NCBI RefSeq assembly: GCF_035084215.1
Contig: NC_090333.1
Span: 72,850,001 to 72,914,000, forward strand
Direction of reading: 5' to 3'
Length of the DNA: 64,000 nucleotides
Source of the DNA: Heptranchias perlo
Lineage: Eukaryota
Every line of letters begins with the position of its first letter. Position 1 is the first letter of the stretch. The notes under the pieces are model-generated. The model had not been told where the DNA came from and did no database searches. It saw nothing but the letters and a program-made list of their open reading frames with translations. Positions 49,459 to 61,692 of this stretch are shown here, piece by piece. The position numbers and the translations under genes were made by a program.

Positions 49459-50795
49459 GGGCATGATTTTTACTCCGAGCCGGGTACCCCACGCGTCAGC
49501 AGATATTCACCCGGCGAATGCGGAAGTGAATTGAGTGCCTCATAATCTGCGATCGCAACTCAATTGAAGAAAAATATTTGAGCTTCCGCGTTTCCCGTGC
49601 GCCAGGCAGCCAAATAACAGGCTGCCTGACGGCAGTGAAAAGAGCTGCAAATCAGAGAGGGGGGGTGGAAAGGAGAGAGAAAGAATCAGGGGGGGGAGAG
49701 GGGGAATGTCAGTTAGCCAGCAGCGAGGATTGGGAAGGTTCATCCAGTGATGACATTGGGGTGGGGGGGGGGGGTTGGGGGGAGATCAGTCATTGTCGGA
49801 GATCGGGGGGTCCATCCAGCAACGGAGATCGGGGGGGGGGAGGGGTTAGGTGGGTGGGTCAGCCAGCGACGACATTAGGGGAACCAGCCAACAACGGAGA
49901 CCGGGGAGTGGGGGGTCCAGTATCAGTGGGGGGGTCCACTATCGGGAGGGGAGGGGCTGATCATGGGGTTCCTATCGGCCAGATGAGCTTGTTGGACCTG
50001 GATGAAGCCCTCCAGTTCCTCCGGGCCCACAAGCAGTGCAATCATAGAATCATAGAAGTTTACAACATGGAAACAGGCCCTTCGGCCCAACATGTCCATG
50101 TCGCCCAGTTTATACCACTAAGCTAGTCCCAGTTGCCTGCACTTGGCCCATATCCCTCTATACCCATCTTACCCATGTAACTGTCCAAATGCTTTTTAAA
50201 AGACAAAATTGTACCCGCCTCTACTACTGCCTCTGGCAGCTCGTTCCAGACACTCACCACCCTTTGAGTGAAAAAATTGCCCCTCTGGACCCTTTTGTAT
50301 CTCTCCCCTCTCACCTTAAATCTATGCCCCCTCGTTATAGACTCCCCTACCTTTGGGAAAAGATTTTGACTATCTACCTTATCTATGCCCCTCATTATTT
50401 TATAGACTTCTATAAGATCACCCCTAATTTCTATAAGATCACCCCAATAAAGGCATTCACCTCATGGATCTGGCCCTTCATGCCTGCTCTCTTCTAACGT
50501 GATTCGGAAGCGATGAGAAACCCGAACAGGTAAAGTTAAATTCGTTTTAATGTTCTAATACACAAAATATTAAGTGCCTCAAGTATCTTAATGAAGTACA
50601 TTGCCCTTTTAAGGCTTGGCTTTAAGTGGGGGTGGGACTTCCTGGTGTCTGTTGTGCACACACATTCAAACCTGCCTGGGTTAAACCCAGATGTGGGTGA
50701 GTTGGAGCCGGGATGCGGTCCTGCTCCAAAAACCTGTTATTTTAACCTCCCACCCGCCCCCAACCCACCTGTTCTTGGGGGTTAAAATTTACCCC
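49459..50795 (+). mobile_element. Harbinger non-coding derivative (copy E) containing a CR1 insertion
   Basis: TIRs GGGCATGATTTT and AAAATTTACCCC with an ATT TSD. The right end is homologous to the right end of copy A; the interior is G-rich. Confidence 0.8.
50041..50445 (-). mobile_element. Young CR1 3' fragment, same subfamily as 31989-32603
   Basis: Near-identical reverse complement of 32214-32598; short junction duplication ttctataagatcacccc. Confidence 0.9.
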
Positions 50796-51807
50796 ATTGT
50801 CTACTGTTGCAAAGAAGAGAAAATGGGTCGCTTAAAAATAACCTCAGAGTATTACTCCCCCCCCCCCCCACTTAAATGCAGAAAGAAATCTGTGGTAACC
50901 CGTGGTACATTTTTCACTCTAAAATATTAATATTTTAATCAGAGAAACAACTAATGATATCACTGACATCCTATTTATTTAAAATTGATAGCATCGTAAA
51001 GACAAGTAAATGATCATCCCAATAAAATCAAAACCACTAAAATGTTCAATTTTTGCCCAGCTCAGTAGAAAAGTGAAAATTTGGTTTGGCTCCGAACTTA
51101 CATTGGACTATCGACAAATCTGTCATAGCCTGAACCTTGCAAGCACTGGCTTTTATTGACCTACCCTGGTTCAGAGAAACTCTGGTATTGTGTCCCAGTA
51201 GATGTTCCAGAACTTGCTGCAGTTGAACACTGTTTCAGGCCTCAGTGGACAATTAAAGCATAGACCGGATCAACGATCTTATGCGCACTCGAGGCTCAGA
51301 CTCATTGACTGGACTGACTCACTCACTCCCTTTGTGAATGTTTCAAGCCCTGATTGCCTCAGTGAATACTTCAAGGACAGATATGCTAAACTTTACTTAC
51401 TCCATTACGCTCAAGATCTGGGCTTTCTCAGTATCTGTGGGTTGGGGTAGCATGGCTAAAACCAAGATACATTGATGCAAAAGAGTGGTGTGCAAGGCTA
51501 TGCCAATGAAGTGAGTGGTGCCAAGGTCTCAACAGTGCATGGATATGGAGAAAATGATTATTATAGTTTAGATTTATGTAAAAATATTGATGTAATCTTG
51601 TTTGATCTGATCTAATCCAAGTGTGTACCTTGTTCCATGCCTATTGGTTCAGGTTATGTACCTGTACTGTCAGAAAATATAGCGCAAATGAAAAATAGTA
51701 TGCAACTCCAAATTCTTCTGTTAGGTTGCAGAAATCTTTATCTTGGCAATACAGGTATGGTACAGGTTCAGGATTGTGCCTGTTGCAACACTGCTGCACT
51801 ATCAGTA

Positions 51808-51938
51808 GTAAACAATTTTACAACACCAAGTTATAGTCCAACGATTTTATTTTTAATCCCACAAGCTTTCGGGGGCTTTCCCCTTCCTCAGGCAGTGTGG
51901 ACTGACCCCAGTCCATCACCGGCATCTCCACATCATCA
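51808..51938. mobile_element. 131-nt Penelope mini-element
   Basis: Inverted hammerhead segment plus the sense tail ccccagtccatcaccggcatctccacatcat; 12-bp TSD GCACTATCAGTA (51796-51807, 51939-51950). Confidence 0.85.
51859..51895 (-). ncRNA. Minimal hammerhead ribozyme motif
   Basis: CUGC-CUGAGGA-A-GGGG aaagc CCCC-GAAA-GCUU-GUGG; in stem II a G:C replaces the A:U of other copies. Confidence 0.68.
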
Positions 51939-53704
51939 GCACTATCAGTAAGCATTGTGGACCAACAAGTAGAGACAAGGTTACTTAGGCAGGTAATTTC
52001 AAAAAGCTGAATATGCTGCTCTCTTCTGAATGAAGTTCACTTCTCACTTCTTTACCCTATCCTCTTCACCAAAGTCCAACAATTTTCTGCTCTCATTGCT
52101 TGAAGGTAATGATCGATGCTGGAATACTGATAGAGGTACCAGCAGTCCTCTAGTACCTCACCCAAGTGGAATCTTTTATTTGTGAATGTAGATAGTCAAG
52201 TGTCTGCAAGCTATTCATCATGGGTGACATCACAGACAAGCCCCTCCTTGTCCTAACCTGATGACCACACAGGCACACTTCACTTTGGGGATGCTGGGTC
52301 ATCACTAGATAGTGATCAGTAAGATTGGCCTTTGCTTATTCCCGCCGCCACCCTCCCTCCCCCACCACCGCCCCATTAGTCTTCTTTTCAGTGAATAACA
52401 TATCTCTGCCTTTTACGAAACTCATTTTAAAAATCTGCTGCCAATAACTCTAGTTTGTAATTTCATTTTTTTTCACAGAAATAGTTCTGCCCGTTAATTA
52501 TTGCTGATTTACACCTTGCACAAAATTGTGGCAGACCTCTACAGTGTTTATGGTTCCTTCAATTTTTGCGAATGGTAATTTAATTTGAATTCACCGCATG
52601 AAGGATCAGTGGCATCAGCGCTGAATGCTTTCCAGATGTATTTTGGAGCTCAATATTTTCCACACTGTTCCAAATACACTTAAATTGGATTCATATCTAT
52701 TTCTACATCTCTGTCTCTATGTAACTAACTCTCTCTCACACATTATCTGCTGACAGATGTTGATTGCAGATTGATGAACTTGTTGTGCTACTTGTCAGCA
52801 TCTTGATGAATTTTGTACTCAAGGTCACAGTTACACTGTTCCATTATGGAACAAACCTCTTTATAACTGGAACGGACATGTCTGGAGGGGGGTCAGTTAC
52901 TGCTCTAATGTAACACAGATTATAGCCCGGATGTAAGGTTGCTGTTGGACAGGATTCCAATATAACATGGATTATACCCCAAGTGTAAGGTTGGGAGTCA
53001 GACTGAACACATTGTATTGCATGCAGAATATGTTGTAACAACAGTGGTCCTCTCTCATATTCTTGCTGTTAGTAATATAAATGTATATGCATGAACATTT
53101 TAAAATCTGAGGGTTTATAATGGACACTGAAACACAATGTTCTTCCAGTTTTAAGTGTTTATGGTGTAGGGATTCCATGCTCAAATTTTGAACCCAGAAG
53201 TATCTGCCATTTGTTTGGCTGTAGTGTTTTTTTGTTTGGGGATATGTCGGCCAATTTCTCCTTCACTTCCCATTGCCCCCTCCCCTCTCCTCAGTCTACC
53301 TGTGGTTCAACAAAATGAGCAGGCAACATGTTGCTAAACCTTCACCAATTCTACTCGGGACTTAGAGGAATAATAGAGGGATTGCTTAGGAACCAACATG
53401 ATTTTCAATCTGTAATGTGATGTGATGACATCCAGAATATACTCAGTAATGAAGTGTTCAGTTTTGGTCTGATTAGTACTTATTATACCATGAACATGAC
53501 TGTACAGTTCATTTTATAATAAATGGAACCTAAATTGAACACCTGTGGTCTGTGCAACAAAGAATGGAATGTAGTGCTTGTAGCTTTTTTTCCCCCTCTA
53601 GCCCATTTTCTCCTCTCCACCTGTTTGGTGGGTGCTGGGCAACGTCCTGTAACTCCCAAAGTGACTATCATTTATGTATAGGCCTTAACAAATAGTGTTG
53701 AAAG

Positions 53705-54147
53705 CAAGAAAGAAAGACTTGCATTTATATAGTGCCTTTCAAGGCCTCTGAATGTCCCAAAGCATTTTAGAGCCAACGAAGTACTTCTTTGAAGTATCGT
53801 AACTGTTATAATATAGGAAACGCAGCTACCAATTTGTGCACACCAAGGTCCCACAAACAGCAATGTGATAATGACCAGATCATTTATTTTTAGTTGTTGG
53901 TTGAGGGATAAATATTGGCCAGGACACTGGGAGAACTTCCCTGCTCTTTTTCAAAATAATGCTACGGGATCTTTTACGTCCACCTAAGAGGGCAGATGGG
54001 GTCTCGGTTTAACATCGCATCCGAAAGATGTCACCTCCGACAGTGGAGTGTCAACCTAGATTTTGTGCTCAAGTCGCGGGATGGGGTCTTGAGCCCACAG
54101 CCTTCTGACTCAGAGGCGAGAGTGCTACCACTGAACCACGGCTGACA
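53705..54147 (-). mobile_element. Deu-domain tRNA SINE (SacSINE1-like)
   Basis: Minus strand: tRNA-like head (gtggttcagtggtagcactctcgcctctgagtcagaagg), Deu-like core (ctttcggatgcgatgttaaaccgagacccc), and L2-like tail ctatataaatgcaagtctttc. Confidence 0.75.
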
Positions 54148-54159
54148 TGGTATTTGACG

Positions 54160-54415
54160 GCACAGGCATCACAGCCAAGCCCTCCTTGCCAAGTTTCCCA
54201 CATATGTAATTCCAGTATGGGTCATTGGGTAGTGATCAGGAGCACTAGCCAATCTTTTGCATCCGCACCCTGCCACCCCCCTGGGATACTGAGGCCAATT
54301 GTAGCATCCCTACTACTATACTGACTAAGATCAACTCAACTCAGCACAGACTGATATTCGAACTTGGTATCTTCCTAATCTGTATGGGTCAGCTACTCAC
54401 TAAGCTGGGGAGCTA
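54160..54415 (-). mobile_element. Old SINE-like repeat; related pieces near 48102-48200, 52140-52325 and 62750-62930
   Basis: Shared degenerate motifs ctatccagtgac...gctg and ggctgtgatgcc among the copies; tRNA-like head. Confidence 0.4.
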
Positions 54416-54737
54416 CTGCTGTCAATTTAATGTGAACTGCTACAAAATTAGTGTTTTTGTATAATTTTTCAGTGGTCCAATCTCTTCAATTTACCAGGAA
54501 ACTGTCAAAATAAATACAATATTGCAACCTTACTCAATTGTGGACGATACTTCCTGATGTCCAGTGACATTTTAACAAGTAGAAATGTGACTGGAATATA
54601 ACTTCTTAACCAAGTGTTTGTTTCACTGGCAACCTCCTGATTCTCATGCTGAAGTAAATTTATTAAGTGTAACCTGGAAAGCTGATCGATACTGCGAGTG
54701 TAACTCGCAGACTCTAGCTACACTTTTATAATTGATA

Positions 54738-55220
54738 GACGTAGAAATTTAGAATGGAATATAGAGTTATGAGGATGCGATTGGGATGGAGGTCGGGTGC
54801 GGGGTTGGGGTGTGTGGGGCCAATGGTGGCCGGCAATGGCCTGCATGGTTTGAATGTGGAATCTGGAGGAACACTGCTGGTCCTCCCAGCTCCACATTCA
54901 GGTAAGTATATTTTAAACACTTATCGTGTTGGTTGCAGCCTGCAGCGGTCCCTTTAAGGATTGCCGTTTAGGCCACATGTAGACCTGGTTTTCCTGAATG
55001 CAGCTGGCCTGGCATTGGCTGCATTCAGGTCAACCCAATATTGCAGAGGGGTCCTCAAAAAGCCCCTTATTTGAATATGCCATTTTTTTGCCGACACCAA
55101 TAAGGCGGGCGGTGCATTTCCAGCTCGTAAGGAGCGTGTGCTTCCTGTCCACTATCTTGGAGGCTTAGGCATCCATTTAGTGCCCGTAAAATGGGTGTGA
55201 CACCGACCAATTTCTAGGCC
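54738..55220. mobile_element. Possible old Harbinger-type MITE
   Basis: GACGTAGAAATT ... AATTTCTAGGCC inverted ends around a GC-richer interior; TSD not preserved. Confidence 0.4.
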
Positions 55221-56525
55221 TCTGTCTCCCATGACTTTGGCATGCATTGAGTTTGGCCCATCCACTCTGATTTCCTCTATATGGTGCTGTCATGCTGAAC
55301 TTCTTATGATATGGTCCAGCAACACCTCACGCTACTTTTCTTGGAGAAAAATGTTCACTCTATCTCAGGTATTTGTATAATATTGATGGAATTCACTGTC
55401 TAGAAGAATGCAATTAGTGTGGAGACTCCAAATTTCTCATCACAATGTTTTCCATGTTTTTTTGCAACCTCTGGTGACTTTCAGTGGAACCTGCTAGGAC
55501 TCCACCCTGTTAACTCTCTATATATGTGTGTGGGAGGTTTCACGCGCAAGTTGGCAGTCTGCTCAAGAATATCAAATAATGCATTATTGGTGCATTCTTT
55601 TCATTGACTTTGTTGCACCCCAAGTGGTTCAATTGGTCAAGTCTTAAAAAATGTATTCATCTTGAGTTTGTGGTACTTGGAGACAGTGCCCTTGATCTAC
55701 CCAGCACCATGCTACACTGAAAGCTGAAATTATGCTTTTATATATGGAGACTTGTGTTTATATAGCACCTTATTGTGTGTCTCAAACATTTTGAAGCACT
55801 TACAAATTGGTCTGGTAGTGTTGATGATTCTGTCTCCTTTTAACTGGTCAATTTCTTCTCATCTGTTAAGGCTAATTTAGACCTACCTGCCCTCCCCAAC
55901 CCCACCACAGGGATACATAGATGATCTTATTAAATCCTATTAAGACTTTCATGGTGTTAGTAAAATATGAATAGAACATAATGAATTTTGGAATCCTAAT
56001 CCATTTAATAGTATCTACACTTCCCCACTGGTGACAGAGGCAGGTGGATCCAAGATTTTAAATCACTTTGGATTGAGAATTAATTTTAGCAATCTCCATA
56101 ATACCAGACCAGAGCTATCCTCTAATATTTAAACTCTTGTTTCCATTGAAATGGAATCCTACTCCTACTGACTCACGGCAGTGCCTTTATAAGGAATATT
56201 TTTTCTAGTTCTCCGCAGAAAAGTCCCCCCTCAATACTCTTCATTACATAATGCATGCATTCCTGCATGTCTTGAATATAAATTTTCAGAGTAGCCCAAG
56301 TATTCTGCTACAATTTAAAAAAAAACCTTAAACTTTACATTAAAAATAAGATTCCCAATTAATTTAATGTCAGAAACTGGTATTTTGATTGAAACCCCTT
56401 TTGTATTATTGATTTATTTAAAGTGCAATTGCCCCATGTAATGGTTAGCCCCTAATTACCTGCTTTTTCTTATTCTATATATGTTAATTCCCACACCACT
56501 CATCTCCTTAGTTCATAAACACATT

Positions 56526-58487
56526 GGGCCCGATATTAGGAGGGAGGCGGGTTGGCAGTGGGGGGTCGACTCGGCGCGTGGGTAACGCGCCCAGTTTTAC
56601 GCTGGAAAGCTGCGCAGCGGGTGGACTGCGCAGGCGCATCATAGGCTGTCAGCTGGAGGAGCCCTATTTAAAGTGGCAGTCCTCCACTGGCTGATGCTGC
56701 AGAAAATAGGCAAAATTACAGCATGGAGAAGCCCAGGTGGAAGGCTGCTCCCAGGTTTAATGATGCCTCACTCCAGGTCCCACTGGATGGGGTGAGGAGG
56801 AGGGGGAGGACAGAGATCTTATTCCCGGCAGACAGTAGGAAGTGGCCTGCCTCTGCCACCACGAAAGCCTGGCTCGAGGTGGCAGAGGAGGTCACCTGCA
56901 CCACCAACATATCGCGCACCTGCATACAGTGCAGGAGGCGCTTCAATCATAGAGTGGTTACAGCACAGAAGGTGGACATTCGGCCCATCAAGTCCGTGCC
57001 GGCTCAATGCAAGAGCAATCCAGCTAGTCCCACTCCCCTGTCCTATCCCTGTAGCCCTGCAATTTTTTTCCCTTCAAGTACTTATCCAATTCCCTTTTGA
57101 AAGCCATGATTTAATCTGCCTCCACCACCCCCTCAAGCAGTGTATTCCAGATCCTAACCATTCGCTGTGTAAAAAGGTTTCTCCTCATGTCGCCTTTGGT
57201 TCTTTTGCCAATCACCTTAAATCTATGTCCTCTGGTCCTTGACCCTTACAACAATGCGAACAGTTTCTCTCTATCTATTCTGTCTTGACCCTTCATGATT
57301 TTGAATACCTCCATCAAATCTCCTCTCAACCTTCTTTGTTCCAAGGAGAACAACCCCAGCTTCTCCAGTCTATCCATGTAACTGAAGTCCCTCATCCCTG
57401 GAATCATTCTAGTAAATCTCTTCTGCACCCTCTCTAAGGCTTTCACATCTTTCCTAAAGTGCAGTGCCCAGAACTGGACAATACTCCAGTTTTGGCTGAA
57501 CCAGTGTTTTATAAAACGTGCTTCATAACCTCCTTGCTTTTGTACTCTATGCCTCTATTTATAAAACCCAGGATCCCATATGCTTTCTTAACCACTTTCT
57601 CATCCTGCCCTGCCAACTTCAACGATTTGTTCACATATACCTCCAGATCTCTCTGTTCCTGCACCTCTTTTAGAACTGTACCCTTTAGTTTACATTGCCT
57701 CTCCTCATTATTCGTAACGAAATGTATCACTTCACCTAAGTAGGTCAGCCAAAGTGAGTACACTTACTCATCCCCCTACACTCCGTCTGCCACATCACTG
57801 CCCCCACCCCACATCTCCTTCTGCATTGCCAACACTACTCTATAACATCACTCCTCACACCCACTTAAAGCTCATCCTCATCGTACCTGCACTTACTCAT
57901 CTCGCCAGTACTCATCCCACCACTACCACTCAACCCAATCCTCATACAATCTCATGGCTCTATCTCATACTCACCCTCTCTTGCATCTCCTTCACGGTCA
58001 GCCTCACTCAACCTGCCACTACCTGTGCAGCAGCCACAGGGCATGCATCACATATGTGCAGTAGGAAGCGTAAGGCAAATGTGTCATGAGCATGAAGGGG
58101 ATGCACAAGGGTGTTTGAGGATTTGTCATGGTTTTTACTTATATTTGATTTCTGATCAACTCACATTATATATTATATTGTCACCACTACTGCCACGTCT
58201 TTGCGAATCTTGTCTGGTTTGTGCAATAATGCCCTTTCCTGAGGATCACTATGAAGACCCACAATTGATGCCACCCATTGTGTCACTGCAGAGTGGATGT
58301 AGGTGTATTTGCAGGGCTGTTTTGTGCAGACGACTGAGCGAAGGATGCGGAGGAGAAGTTGTTGAGGGCAGTGGTGACTTTGACAGTGACAGATAAGAAG
58401 ATGGTGCTCAGGCCAGCCGGGAGCAGCTTGCCATGAAGGAGGCTGCAGATGTCCACGACTACATGTCGAGTGACTCTGAGCCTCCGT
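56526..58487 (+). mobile_element. PIF/Harbinger copy F (right end missing, CR1 inserted)
   Basis: Left TIR GGGCCCGATATT after ATT; Myb exon 1 MEKPRWKAAPRFNDASL...CRRRFN; collinear with copy B up to 58487. Confidence 0.88.
56948..57733 (-). mobile_element. CR1-type LINE 3' fragment inside Harbinger Myb exon 1
   Basis: ORFs 57509-57763 and 57246-57446; the host resumes at acctaagtaggtcagcc. Confidence 0.88.
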
Positions 58488-58914
58488 ATTGTTGACCAGG
58501 GGCTGCAGAAAGTAACCTGAGACATCAGCTGCTGACACACGGGCAAGAGCAACTTTTGAACTGAAGTAACCTGAGTTCAGTCGCTGGCCTGAGCTGGCTG
58601 GAACCGGTTTGAATTAGCTAAGTTTTGTGAAAGACAAAGGAGATGTGATAAGACACAAGTCCTTATTTAGAAAAGGAGTAATGAGGTAATGTTACCAAAG
58701 TCCTTGGGACAGAGCCAATGAGGAGAAGACACAGGCTAAGGCGAGCAAGCCTAAACCAAAGGGAGAGAGACAGCACAGCTTGAAGAGATAAGATTCGGAA
58801 TAAGAATGAAGGATCTGGGGCGTGGAGCCAGAGCGAAGACTCCGGAGACCAACCATCGCGGAAGTGGAAGAACCTATGTCAGGGACGTAGAGACGACGTA
58901 TATTCTGTGACCAC

Positions 58915-58951
58915 TCACCTGATGAAGGAGAAAGCCTCCGAAAGCTTGTGA
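58915..58951 (+). ncRNA. Minimal hammerhead ribozyme motif with canonical CUGAUGA core
   Basis: UCAC-CUGAUGA-A-GGAG aaagc CUCC-GAAA-GCUU-GUGA. Confidence 0.78.
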
Positions 58952-59041
58952 TTTTCAAATAAAACAGTTGGACTATAACCTGGTGTTGTAAGATTCCTTA
59001 CATTTGTCAACCCCAGTCCATCACCGGCATCTCCACATCAT
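58915..59041 (+). mobile_element. About 127-nt Penelope terminal segment starting at the hammerhead
   Basis: Homologous to 44696-44816, slightly different subfamily; no clear TSD. Confidence 0.8.
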
Positions 59042-60824
59042 CACTTACAATGCACTTCAATTTTGCAATGAATGCAAATGCTTTCCATGTATGTGTTTAT
59101 CTGCTGTAAGGAGGATACAGTCACACTGTTATTCCACTTGTGAGGAAAATCTTTCCAATTTGAATTATGAGATATCTTGTTATTTCTGAAATGAGACCTA
59201 TATTTTGATCCCCTTTGAATACTGAAGTTAATTTTAATAGTTAGGTTAAGGGCAAATAACATGATCATTTGTGTTGTTGATAAGTTGTGTCTCCAACACA
59301 AAGATCACTGGCGTAGCACTCTGGTATGTTAAAGGCTAGTTCAGTTGTATATCATGCAAGCTAAGGTTAAAGGTATAGTGCTCGAGTATATTAAAACCAT
59401 GATTGAGGGTACAGTGTTCTAGCAGATTAAAGATACTACTTAATTGCATTGTGTGGTATTCATTCTTGGTTCCTTAAAAATTACAGAAATGGAGACGATT
59501 CCTATGTATTTTTTCCAGAGTGTCTCACAGTGAACTCATTTCAATATTTTAATTAAAGTATATTTTTTTCAAGGGCCAAAAAATCTTAGAATTTTAAAAT
59601 AATTTGATGTCTTGCTTTCTGTTTCTTTTCATTTCTCCCTCATATGTTTCCCTCACAATTTGAGAAAGTCGGAAACGTTTAATCCACTTGTCATGCAGCC
59701 AGTGCCATTAAAACCATTGCAGATGACACTCAGAACTTATTCTGAGTCATTGGCAGCTCGTTGTAATTAACAATCTCCCTGATATAGGCAAAGAATTAGT
59801 ACGGTAGCACCTTCAGCAGAAATAGAATAATGAAGTTTTTGACTTTGTATGTTGCATGAGATAATTAGGGCTTAGTTTTCATTGGCAGTGTATCACATTT
59901 TAACGTTTTAAACCAAAAATTGCACATTTTAGAAACTGGAGTCATCAGCTGAAATGATAAAGAATAAATCTGATAAAATACTGTGAAAAAAACATAGCTT
60001 TTTGGGAGTTAGTGTCATAAAGCTGTAAAAGACGAGTGTACTCTGGTTTGAGCTGTTCTGTAGAATATTGTGTGTAGTTTTAGTTCCCTTATCCTGGGGT
60101 GGTCAAATTATAGCCCATAGGATTGTGAGTCCAGATCTCTGACTCCTGGTAACATATTTCCTATTTGTACTAATATTTGCATGTTACTTAATTAGCGGGG
60201 TTCAAATTTCTGGAATTTGGAATGGACTGTTTTTAGCGCTGTTCCCTTATTGGGGATAATAATTGTTATAACAATTTATGTAGGTAATTTGAGGCATGCT
60301 ATTACTAAATAAAGTTAAATTTCATACATTCATTTTTTATTCCAGTGTGCTGGTTATGGCTGAAGGTTCTAATGTTAGGACATCGAAGAAATTCAAAATT
60401 TGGCTAAATGATATTAGTACACATATTCATGGCTCCAATTTAGTCCAGTGTAAAATTAGTAAATTATACTAAATAAATGCACTGAAACACATTTAAATAA
60501 GAAATGTGCACAAATATGATTATAATGGAAATAGGAAAGCAGCTACCAGTTTAGAAATGAATTGTTTTTAAAAGGAATAACTTATTGTCAATATGTTATA
60601 TGTTTTGATATATAAATATATGAAGAAAGAAGCAAATCAGTATCAATTTATTGAAACTCTAGCTAATTTAGAAAAGATGAAGACCATTGAATAACATAAA
60701 ATTTTAATGGTTTTAATATTTTCTATTAACTGAACATTTTAGGGTGGGAATTGGTCATGGCAAGTTTTCAGGTCCATTACCAGTGGCATGCCAGCAGCAC
60801 AGGCTAGAGGAAAGCCTGAAATTA

Positions 60825-61692
60825 TATAGAATTACATAGAAATTACAGCACAGAAACAGGCCATTTGGCCCAACTGGTCTATGCCGGTATCTATGTTCTA
60901 TACTGGCCTCCTCCCACCTTACTTCATCTAACCGTATCAGGAGATCCTTCTATTCCTTTCTCCCTCACATACTTATCTAACCTCCCCTTAAAGGCATCTA
61001 TGCTATTCATCGCAACCACTCCATGTGGTAGCAAGATCCACATTCTAACCACTCCCTGGGTAAAGAAGTTTCTCCTGAATTCCTTATTGGATTTATTAGT
61101 GACTGTTTTATATTTATGACCTCCAGTTTCCCCCACAAGTGGAAATATCTTCTCTACATCTATCTTATCAAACCCCTTCATAATTTTGAAGACCTCTATT
61201 AGGTCACCCCATAGCCTTCTCTTTTCTAGAGAAAAGAGCACCAGCCTGTTTAGCCTCTCCTGATAATTATAACCTCTCAGTTCTGGTATCATCTGTGTAA
61301 ATCTTTTTTGCACCTTCTCCAGTGCCTCTATATCCTTTATGTAATATGGAAACCAGAACTGTGCACGGTGTTCTAAATGTGGTCTAACCAAGGTTCTATA
61401 TAAGTTTAACATAACTTCCCTGCGTTTGATTAACATCCCTCTAGAAATGAACCCCAGTGCTTTGTTTGCATTTTTAATGGCCTTGTTAACCTGCGTTGCT
61501 ACTTTTAATGATTTGTGAATCTGTACCCCTAGATCCCTTTGCTCCTCTACCCCATTTGGACTGTTATTTTCCAAGGAGTATGTGGCCCCCTTATTCCTCC
61601 TACCAAATGCACCACCTAACACTTTTCTGTATTGAAATTAATTTGCTATTTACATGCCAATTCTGAAAGTTTATTAACGTCTTGCATTTTGT
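60825..61692 (-). mobile_element. CR1-type LINE 3' fragment
   Basis: ORF 60924-61622 (EQRDLGVQIHKSLK, NLYRTLVRPHLE, NFFTQGVVRMW); same subfamily as 9835-13350 and 20606-24158. Confidence 0.88.
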
